Shown here piece after piece: positions 1 through 11,700 of a DNA stretch of 64,000 bases. Below the pieces are notes generated by a model. That model was not told the origin of the DNA and searched no databases. It worked only from the letters and a program-made list of their open reading frames with translations. The position numbers were made by a program, and so were the translations under genes. This stretch comes from Antedon mediterranea (taxonomy: Eukaryota > Animalia > Echinodermata), in contig NC_092672.1 of assembly GCF_964355755.1 (NCBI RefSeq), forward strand, positions 9,672,001 to 9,736,000, in the 5' to 3' direction. Each line of letters starts with the position of its first letter. The first letter of the stretch is position 1.

Positions 1-1848
1 ATTTGCCTTGTACATGACCCCGGCACGGAGACATTCCTCGATCCACTCTAATAACGACAAAATATGATAAATGATAAATGACGACAATAATAATGCCTTT
101 GGTTCTCGCGAGGACATAACCCCACCGGAAGTAATTTAAATAATGGGAAAATGTAAAAAACCATTGCCTGTCACTAATGCTTTTATTCTTTGAGTTATTC
201 TCTGTCAGTTTAAGTTGTTCGATGTTTTCTTAAGGGGCGACATGACTTTGTAACAACATGGCATTGAAGAACACAATATTAGAAGGGCTGCTTGTTTTCG
301 ATTAGAAGAAATATGAAATTAACGATGTATAAACAATAATGTCAATCCTGCTTTTAGTAGGCTTACTAGAGGCTCATCCTTAGTAGGCCTACTAAATGGC
401 ATTGGACAATAATATGCATGCGTGTTTTCGATTATAATGAATAGGCCTATGAAATTTAAAATGTATACAAATTAAATAATTACAGTTTTAATATTTGTAT
501 ATATTTCATTAAACCTACCATCATCTCTTATAATTAACTGTCTGGGTCTGTGTGCGTGTCTTTTTTAAAATAAAAATTCAAATTAGCAAATATTTTTATA
601 TAGGCCTAATAACATTATAAAAACATTTCTTCTAATTTTCGAATTATTTCTGAAAAAAAAACAGATTAAAATGAAAGAAATGTCAAAAGATGATATAACT
701 TTCTTCTAACAATGGAAGCGTCAAACACTAAAAAGTATATTCAACTGGCCAATCCGAATAAAACTTGAGTTGCGCAAGACATAAACAAAAAACAAACAAA
801 AAAATGATGCCAAGATACAAACAGAACATAAAACAATGGACAGAAACAGAAAATTAAATGGGAAAACAAATTTAGACTGTAAAAATTAGTAATTTTAAAT
901 AATAATGGCGTTTGGTTATGGGAAAATATTATGTTCATCGATGTGCAATTCTAGGTAAGGTTATTCCAACGTTTCATCACTGATTCATGTAAGCGAATAA
1001 ACACAATGCAAATTATACACAAAGGCCATAAATATTTTCAACATTTTTTATTTGTTTATATAGTGTGTTGGTTTGTCTACGAGCCTTAAAGTTTGGTTCT
1101 CCCAAGGACGGAAAGCTAGCCCACTATAAGTAATTTGAGCAATCATCCAAATGTGTCAAGGAATTGCGCCCACGTCGTTGAGTTTTCCAACTGAGAACAA
1201 CTCAGTTTTACACGCCACTTTCGTCTGACCTTGAAGTGGCTTAATATAATTTATTAAAAATAATAATAAATATGCTGTAACTGACACAAATTAGCAAAAT
1301 CTTCAATGGAATTCTACTGAAACTTGATATATTACTTCAATAGAATTATATTAATATTAATTAATAATATTTTTATTAAGAACTTTCTCTAATTCTCCAG
1401 TCAATCTCACTTAGGCATATAGTAATCAAAATTGTCATAAAGCCTACCGTGAGTATATTATTAATCCATATTTTTATGTACGTCAGGCTGACTATGATTT
1501 CAGTGTATTTCATCGGAATTATACATTTGTCGATTATACACTAGACTCAAGTTTTCCGGAAAAAAGAAATTGTTATATTAGAGTAAATAAAGGGCCAGGT
1601 CTGTCCTTTTATTTAAATGTATTGTTTCCCATGAGAATAATGGATTCTAAAAATGTTTTACACACAAAAATTATACACTCCAGGCCCGTAACCAGTGGGG
1701 GGGGGGGGGGGATCGGGGAACAGCGAGTTCCGCTTGGCCTCCCACTTTTTTTTGCTGGGCATACTAACACAATACGACGATTGTTCACTACAGGCCTAGT
1801 CAAGCCTTAATAAATTTAATTGATATATATACCTGTATATCAAAAAAA

Positions 1849-2040
1849 TTTGAGAGTAACCAAACTGGCCGCATTTTTCGGATAAGACAATCAATTAATT
1901 GTCTAACCAAAAACGTCATTTATCTCATATACTGTAATATTTGTGGCAAACAGTACGTCGGAGAAACAAAAAACACTCTCCGTATGAGAATGACACAACA
2001 TAGATCAGCTATCAAAACATTAAAGCTTGATCAACACGTG
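1849..2040 (+). mobile_element. Penelope-like retroelement fragment, GIY-YIG endonuclease
   Basis: Translates FESNQTGRIFRIRQSINCLTKNVIYLIYCNICGKQYVGETKNTLRMRMTQHRSAI (VIY...CxxC...YVGET...R...H). Confidence 0.85.
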
Positions 2041-2400
2041 CGATTTGTAAAAACTCAACACGTGCGATGTGTATAAACTCGATACGCGCGATGTGTAAAA
2101 ACTCAACACGCGCGATGTGTAAAAACTCAACACGCGCAATGTGTAAAAACTCAACACGCGCGATGTGTAAAAACTCAACACGCGCGATGTGTAAAAACTC
2201 AACATACACGTACGAGCGATGTCTACATAACACGAGCGATGTGTAAACTCAACTCGCGCAATGTGTAAACTCAACTCGCGCGATGTCTCCATAACACGAG
2301 CGATGTGTAAACTCAACACGAGCGATGTCTCCATAAAACGAGCGATGTGTAGGCCTAAACTCAACACGAGCGATTTCTACATAACACGAGCGAGCTCAAC
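2032..2400 (+). repeat. Minisatellite, ~27-bp unit (aactcaacacgcgcgatgtgtaaa) degenerating 3'
   Basis: Visible tandem units; explains the repetitive ORFs 2012-2233 and 2020-2367. Confidence 0.9.
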
Positions 2401-2540
2401 TTGATATAGTTATGTCCGTCCTGGCGTGCCATAGTAATGGGCGTTGAAAAGAAACCAGTTGACAGTCAGAAAACAGCAGTGACAAAATAACAACCACCAC
2501 AGTGACTCTTCTGTTGTAAAACCAATGACGTTTACGGTGG

Positions 2541-2548
2541 TGACGTCA
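2541..2548. promoter_or_regulatory. Perfect CRE/ATF palindrome TGACGTCA in the putative promoter or 5' leader of the mucin-like gene
   Basis: About 100 bp upstream of ATG 2646, with a TGACG half-site at ~2527. Confidence 0.35.
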
Positions 2549-2645
2549 TCCTGTAATAGTCTTGGTCCGTGCTTTTTTTTAAAACTTAGTTGTGCAACAG
2601 TTTCTTTTTAAGCAGAACATATTTTTATTTCATTTAAATATTGAG

Positions 2646-2739
2646 ATGAATAATCAATCGAGAATAACGTTATTTTATATCTGGGGAATCATAATTTCAC
2701 TTCTAGTATTTTTACAATATCACTCTTCATATGCACAAG
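2646..2739 (+). CDS. Mucin-like gene exon 1, signal peptide
   Basis: [31 protein letters not shown] then G|gtaag, phase 1. Confidence 0.75.
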
Positions 2740-5700
2740 GTAAGCTGAGCTAATATATTTTTCTCCTGTTTTAAATTCAAATTCTTTATATTCAAAGAAT
2801 GTAGTAGATGGCTATTAAGAACCATTGATCGTTGACAAAATACGTTAACAAACAAAAAGTCGCAATAAGTGCGTTTTGGTCAAAATAACTTTAATCTGTT
2901 GACGAAAACATAATGGTATTAATCATCAGAATGTCATTTATTTTGGAAACATTCGCATTGAGCCTCCTCCTCCACGGAAGAAGGCATGCCTCATGTAATA
3001 TTGATAAAAACCATAATAGTTATTTTTTTATTTATGTTATTTTAAGTATTTTTGAATCATTATTTTTATTGAATTTAAGACAGTTAGAAAAAATATTCTT
3101 AGATGTTAACAAGAATATTATAATGGATCCCAGTGATGTTTTGGTCAGAAATAATATATTATTTAAAATGATAATGATCTTTCCATTTAACTTTATTATG
3201 ACTCACAGTTATTTAATCATTGTTTCTGTAGCCTAAATGTAGTATTTTCCAAGCAGTGGCACCACTATAATATTTTTTTAATGACTTACAACCCTATTTA
3301 TCGATAATGTCATTCTTATACGTCATAGCGTTTTATGCATAAAGCCTCGCTTTATAGCGCTTCACATTATTACTGGTTATTTTTTGATCAAACACGAATG
3401 GAAACATACTCCCACAATGTTGCAACCAGTAAGCAGGGCAGTTTTTCTCCTATAGTTTTAAATTAGATAACGGATAATAATCTTGTATTATTGTATTCAC
3501 ATGGTATGACACATGGAATCGTTACACAACAGCAACTGCTGATGATAAATTACAGTATATTTTAGGTGGAGATTCTATCGCGATTTGTAAAGAATCTGAG
3601 ACCTTTTTTGATTTGTTTTGTAAACAATACACAAGAGCTGCATGGGAGAAACGGTCAGAACTTAAATCTCCCAATATATAGATTGTTTTTCTTTTGTATT
3701 GTTGCTTTTATATATTTGTATTCAGATTTGTAAATAGTATACACCTGTGATAACAACTATAGGTCTTTGGTACCTGATGTTGAAACACAATGGTTTGTAA
3801 TGTAAACTCTTTACTATATTTTATGTTTATTTTTATATACCTCTTTATCAACTCAAACCTATGATACCGTAGGACAATTTAATACAGTACCTATATTACC
3901 ATGTTGGTAATGATTTTTCTTTTATATTTTTGCAAACAGTTTAAGAACCTGTATCCGTCATATAATGTATTGTTTTGATGTATTATGTTAAATTGGATGC
4001 ACCACTTCTGTGTGTGCCACCGATGCAAAGGTGTCATTTCCTAATAAATTATTATTATTATTATTATTAGATAGAATACATAGAATACAATAATAGTTAT
4101 ACTACATTATAACCTGAAACTCCAACAATATTAATAGTATTAACTGTTTTCGGTTAACTCTGCGGCTATATAACATTTTAAATCAAATTAGTAATGTTAT
4201 ACCTATGTTTTTGTTTATTAGGCTAATAAATCGCCCGGTGATAAACTTGGAATCAATTAAAGTTTAAACGCTTGTTAATAAATGAGCTTTTGTAATACAT
4301 CTATTAATGATAAATTGATCTATTTTTTTATGACATTGCAATATTGTTCTATTGGATAAATGTTAATGATTAATGTACAGTATATTTATTTTTTATGCAT
4401 ATTGTAAATTTTTCTGTATTTTTTTCTGTAATGTTTAAGTTTTCACTATATGTACTACAATAATTTCAGACTTGTTCTGCTTTTTGTAATATTTTTTATA
4501 TACCTGAATAAAAATATAAAAAATAAAAAATTATAATACTTTTTGAAAATCATTCAGAATACTCCACAAGCTGTATAAATCCACAATATCAATGCTTTTT
4601 ATGCTTCGCGCGTAGGCTAATCCCATTTTCCAACAATTCCAACAAAAAATAATTGTTTATGGTACAATAATCTGTCTATAAGATTTATCGTAAAACCTTT
4701 GTAGTTAAAACTACAGAAAATAAGTAGTAGGCTGTCACGAACTCCTCGTACGTATGTTTCCGAGCGGTTGAAAATACTTTAGGAACTCCCTTGTGACATA
4801 AAAGTATACACACAAAATCCACAAAGTTGTAAAATAACTCAAAAACAAAGCTTTAATTTCAATCAACTTCAACTTTTAACAATCCAGTAAGCACTTTAAA
4901 CAACAGCTTCACAATGACTTTACAATATAACATCCAACCTCTAATCCAACCTCTAATCCAACCTCTAATCCAACCTCTAATCCAACAACCTTCTTCAAAT
5001 TAAATGCTTCAATCAAAAATCCTTCTCCCTCTTACTATTGTCATACTTCCCCTTATATACAATATGTTCATAACCTTCTAGATCATTCCTTATACTTCTT
5101 CTTATTCTATTGATTACAGTTTCTATTAATAGCACTTCTGGAATGTTCTTGATTGTTCTTATTAATTATACATGGTTTCTTAAATCAAAACATCTTATTC
5201 TAGAATGATCATGTAAATACTATGTTACTCTATATGTTAGGGAATGGTAATTTATTACACTCCCCCCTCTTTCTGAGCTCAAAACTCTTTCTTGGAGTTT
5301 TGAGGGGCAAGTATACACGAAAGTGGCAAAAGTTAACCCACTCCTATTCTATAAAACTTAAATACGCCATAATAACATACAACATAATCATTAATAATTA
5401 CTAATAATGAACAAACAATATTCATGTAAATTTGTCGGAATGGTTCACTAACAATTACTGACATAGGAATCATAAAATCCTTAAATTTAGTTTTATACTT
5501 TGAGGCTTTACAATACTCTTTCAATGAAATATCATGTGAAAATTTCAAAACACTATTACTGCAATGATATAAAACCACTAATTTCTCTATGGGTTCTGTC
5601 TGGTGTTTAGTAAAAACATGCATAAATAAAATTCCGTCCTTACAGACCGTCATATCTTCCCGACATAAACCTTCTTTCCTTTCAATATCTTCCCGATGTA

Positions 5701-8700
5701 AACGTTCTTGGTTATCCATCATCTGCTGCATCAGAAGACTCTGTTGTTGTATTTGTTGCTTCATTAACAACACCAAAAAGTCTGTACTGCTGTACACTTT
5801 ACCGGATATTGTTGTTGATTGTTTATCAGCCATATTTTAAATCTGGATGAGGGTCTTGTTACTAGTTAATCGTAGTTACCGAGACGTTCACAAGTCTACT
5901 GTTCCAAATAAAATAATCTACTGTTCTTTAAACAATGTTTGTGTACTTACGATTAAACAAAACGTAGCACCACGGCTTCCGTAAAATATCTCAGTATCGT
6001 AAGTACCGCTTCCTCAAAATATCAATAAAAGTACAGTTGATCCTAAACAGCCACCAATCTATGGCAAAATACAGTAGATCAAACTGCTACCACAAAATCT
6101 CACAACCGTAGATAAATACACAGTTAAGTCGAACAGTAGATCGAAATAACCGCTGCCACCAAATTATGTCACGAACTCCTCGTACGTATGTTTCCGAGCG
6201 GTTGAAAATACTTTAGGAACTCCCTTGTGACATAAAAGTATACACACAAAATCCACAAAGTTGTAAAATAACTCAAAAACAAAGCTTTAATTTCAATCAA
6301 CTTCAACTTTTAACAATCCAGTAAGCACTTTAAACAACAGCTTCACAATGACTTTACAATATAACATCCAACCTCTAATCCAACCTCTAATCCAACCTCT
6401 AATCCAACCTCTAATCCAACAACCTTCTTCAAATTAAATGCTTCAATCAAAAATCCTTCTCCCTCTTACTATTGTCATACTTCCCCTTATATACAATATG
6501 TTCATAACCTTCTAGATCATTCCTTATACTTCTTCTTATTCTATTGATTACAGTTTCTATTAATAGCACTTCTGGAATGTTCTTGATTGTTCTTATTAAT
6601 TATACATGGTTTCTTAAATCAAAACATCTTATTCTAGAATGATCATGTAAATACTATGTTACTCTATATGTTAGGGAATGGTAATTTATTACATAGGCAT
6701 GCATTGTAAGATTAACAACCGGATTGCAAACAATATTCATAAACGAATGCTGGATCACAAACAAATTATCCACTGCATGGTGTCAAGTACAACAAAACTA
6801 ACATTTTTAATTTTACATTTAAATTATATATTTAAATACTACCGTATTCTTACAATATAAAATAACATTGTATAGGCTATATTATTAAACTAAATTTTAA
6901 ATACGCTTAAATAACATTGTATATCATCATCATCATCATCAATAATTGTCATCATCAACAACATCACCGTAATCATCATCGTCATCATCAACAACAGCAT
7001 ACCGTCATCATCATCATCAATAACGACAAATATGTCATCATCGTCATCAACAACAACATCACCGTAATCATCAACATCATCATCAACAACAACATCACCG
7101 TAATCCTCATCGTCATCATCAACAACAACATACCGTCATCATCATCAATAACGACAAATATGTCATCATCATCAACAACAACATCACCGTAATCATCAAC
7201 ATCATCATCAACAACAACATACCGTCATCATCATCATCATCATCATCATCATCCCATCAATAACGACATATTGTCATCATCGTCATCAACAACAACAACA
7301 ACATCACCGTAATCCTCATCGTCATCATCAACAACAACATACCGTCATCATCATCATCAATAACGACATATTGTCATCATCGTCATCAACAACAACAACA
7401 ACATCACCGTAATGATCGTCATCATCTTCGTCGTCATCATATCTTCAAGTTCATTTGATTGTCCTCTCCATTTCCATGGAAACATTTTGAAACAAATATT
7501 TTCTAAATTATCTCTATAAGTTGACTATTTTTTTTTTTTAAATGGGAGTCAGAATACAATGTCATGGAGGCCAATTGTCATTCACTTCTTCTCAATGGTC
7601 TACTAAACAAAGGATCGGGTGTAAGCAAAACATATAAACACTTGTAAAAGATACTCGGCTCTCAGGGTAGGAAACTTAATTCTAAAATAACATGTCGTGT
7701 ATAGGAGGTAATACTGTAACTGTTTTAATAGACGTGAAATTGTATTTTGAATGGTATTTTTATATAACAAATAACATGAAAAGGTATTGTGACATCGTAC
7801 TCAAAATTAGACAACGGTAGAATAACTAAACTTTCTTGTTGCTATTGTCACGAACGGTATCATAAGTATTATACACCCAGATAACAACCTTGGCCCCAGT
7901 GGAGTGGTATTTTTAGGCGTTTCCATTGAACAAATACACAATGGATATAAAAATGAAATAGTGAATATATTGTTATTCGTCGATCCCGACTAATGGGTTT
8001 GGATACAGAAAATCCTTTCATGTATGATCTGAACACAATATAAATATATGCATTATTTTTGCAGGTAATTCTTCGTTATCATAATACTTCTGCGTTTAAT
8101 TTTTGAATGCCTAGCATGTTCTATAGCGGGGGTTGTTTGAAATATTGAAAAAATAGGAACAGGGATTAATTATTTTTTAAGATAAAGAAAATTGCCCGTA
8201 ACGATAATAATCTTTATACATAAGTAAAAAAACAACAATGAGTGGTCGAATCATGGAGGTAGAATTACGCATGGTCAAACAATTGTTTGTTTCTGTGCTG
8301 CCCGGCAATGACCACATTATTTATTTATTTATTTATTTTATTTATTTCCTTTATTGCATCAAGTAAGCAGTGATGAAGTTGACATAAATATAATAGTAAA
8401 TATGTAAACACATAGTATAACACAGTCCAAACAAGTAATACTAAAATAAATCATAGTCCACAAATCAGTCTTTCAATGGCCATCATAGTACATCCAGTAA
8501 CACAAACCAATAAGGGTTCACAATTTGCTTATCATAACTTATTATACTAGAGGTTGTCCGAAATCAAATTAGACCCATGGTAAAAGGTAGTTTAAATATT
8601 GTTTTTGGCAAAAGCATCATAAAGCTGGCTTCTTAGACAATTCATGAGTAGGAGAATTGTAACGTGCTACTGTACTGTGATGACGCTAGTTATTCATTTT

Positions 8701-11700
8701 CACGCATGGTTAATTATTGGAATGACGTAATAAATATGGAAGTGTATGTATTAATGTATATGTTCTCAACTTTAATCTTCATTTCATTATATTTTTTAAC
8801 ATTTTTCTTTTAAGTAGTATAAGGTATTTTGTTTAACAACTAAACCGAATGCGTTTCTCCAGTTGAATAATATGTATATAGAATGTAAAGCCTGTTTTCC
8901 TGTCGACGTTATTCGACGCTATCGTTAACAAAAATCGGCGATCTTCAACGTAGACATAGAAATTTATTTACAGGAAAAGGGACTTTTTTAACTAACGATG
9001 ACGATACAAAATGTCGGCGATATACAGGAAAAGGTGTAATAATCGACGGTAATCGACGCTACAAGTCGCGATCGTTGACAATCGCAAGAGTTGAATCCAG
9101 TTCAACTCTAGCGATATCACAACGCTAAAACGTAAGAACTGACCAATCATCATGGCGATACAGCACATGACGTCACATAATTGATGGCAAATTCTGCTGA
9201 CTGACTACATTTATTTTTGTTGCATCGCGGCGCGGTCAAAGGTAGGCCTAGCCTTACCAAAGTTACTATAAAATGATGTTCCGGAAAGTAGGCGCGGGGA
9301 TATTAGGTAGGTCAAAGTCTTCAGCCTAGTCCAAAATGCTATTTGGACTAGGATAGGCCTACTGAAAACGAAGAACCATCAGTATAGAGATATTAATATG
9401 CCTAGGCCCACGTCCTACACTGTGAGCCTACTGCTAGAGGCAGGGGAGTCCTCTATTCATTTTTGCGCGTTACACGATGACGTCAAGAAAGAAGACAGGA
9501 GTTTCAATTAACTCTAACGTTCAACGCTAGAAATCAAATGTTCGCGCTATCGTTAACATTTCAACTTGATCGTTTGCAAACGATTGTCGTTGAACTGTTA
9601 ACGATCAACGACGATAGCGTCGAATAACGTCAACAGGAAAACAGGCTTTATGATCATTTTATTCTTCGATTAAATAATCGCGAGCTCCACCTTGTTATTA
9701 TTTTAAACGTGTGGTTTTAAGTAGTTTAAGGTATTTTTTATGGTGTCTGATCATTTCGGCCGCCAGTCATTTCGGCCGCCGGTTATGGAACGCCCAAAAT
9801 CATGACACGCCAAAAAAGACAAAATATGTATTGTTCATTTCGGCCGCCAGAATCGTCAATATTGTTAATAACGTATTGTTACTTACTTGTCAAAAAGGGT
9901 GTATACATGTGCCTATCGCCTGAATAGACGTGTGTAAATGGTGTCAGATGAAATCGGTCGCGCTTGAAATCGATCGCGTTTGAAATCGGTCGCGATAAAA
10001 TAAACATCCGGTATTTTGTATGGAGCGCCGCTAGATACGCTTTTTATCCTATTAGTTACGTTTGATATCGGTCGCGTTTTATATTGGTCGCGCTAATTTG
10101 TATATGGCGCATTAGATACATTTTTAATGAAAACGTTCATTATGTTTTTAGTTAATTTTGAATATTGGAATTTCTAATAATACTGTTTGACATTTTTTTA
10201 AACCTCGATCGTTATTTTTAAGTACAGTAAATATAAATATTTATCTCATTATTTATAAATAATTTGTGTTTCCATTTTATCTTACAGGTTTTAATGAATT
10301 GTAATGTGTTCTTTTAGCATGCCGTTGTTTAAGGTTTTGAAAATAAATAATAATTTAATAGTTAAACAAGTAGACGCGCCTATTGCGTATTTTTTAATCA
10401 CAGTTAATTACGAAACTCGTTCTATACCTGCAAGTGGATACCAGCTCAATGAGGTTTATGCAATAAAGGAATTTGATGCATGATGATGATTTTTGCATTC
10501 GATATCCGCCACTCTGACGTGAGCATGGTTTAGGATAATAATAAAATTTATAGATAATATTCCGTTATAAATCAATCTACCAGCCCTACAGTATGTCTAT
10601 GATGTACAATGATAGATGTGAGAATAATGTATGGATAATAAAGGTGGACACGATTCTCAAAGAGGTACTGATATTTAAAAATTTAGATTTACGAACGTCA
10701 TATGGATGTTATGTGAGACTACTTACTTAATTATTTACATTAAATGATTATTGTAAATAAAGAAATAAAAGATATTTTTCAAATTAAAATCTATAGTATC
10801 GACGTACAGTATACGTAAATTATATACATCGTTTCACAAAAACACGTGCAGGAGGCCTATAGACGTTTTAAAAGTATGGTTATTAGTAATAGACGTCATC
10901 TTTACCTGGCCATGGACAACGATCGTACGTGTTTTGTCCCTGATTTGACACACTAACAAGTGCGTGCTTTTTAAAAAGGGGAAACCCCGTCAGCAAAATA
11001 ACGCATTGTTAGAGGAAACAGCTGCACGATCATAGAAGGCGCATCTCTCCCAATATGGCTTATTCGGGGGTTTATTTCAGTAACTCGCCTTTTAACCATC
11101 CGCATATAATGATCATTTTTACTAACAACTATTTTAAACATTAGAAATAAAAGTATACACGTGATTTGTCTCAACAATTATTATTATACACTTAATATTA
11201 TTATCCTACATAAAGTATTTAAATAAAATAAAAAAATAAAAATTATGTGATCGAATAGTATGTTGTTAACGACATGATATAATCTGCCACAGTATGCATA
11301 AGTATAACAATGGATACGCTGGCTTTACGGGCTATACATTGTAACAATTATTGTTTTTAAATAAATTGTTCTCTTTTACGTAATTGTTTGCATAATAAAG
11401 GACAGACGTATATTCTCTATATAATATATTAATTACAGTACATATAACTGGAGGTAAATTATTATATGCCTGATGGGGGCTGAGAGGTTGTAGGGCTCAG
11501 TCAGGAAGAAGCCGGCGAATGACAGTAAAATAGCGCAAGTCTATACAAATCAAAAAGTATGATCGTTTTTGTTGATTGCTGCTTGCTGTTTGAATACGCA
11601 CGTCTATTCAGGCGATAGGCACATGTATACATTATTTTTTATAATTGAGGCGTGCCATACATTAACAATTTTGACGATTGGCGGCCGAAATGAACAATAC

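Noticed and set aside
1696-1711. Poly-G run and surrounding short ORFs (also ~57407-57418)
   Set aside because: Simple homopolymers; the ORFs have no coding signature.
2012-2367. Repetitive ORFs (HIARVEFL)n
   Set aside because: Translation of the 27-bp minisatellite.
6917-7440. CAT/CAA repeat as a hidden Ser/Thr mucin exon or His/Gln-rich protein
   Set aside because: The Ser/Thr frame is repeatedly broken by TAA (ccg taa), and I found no fitting splice sites.
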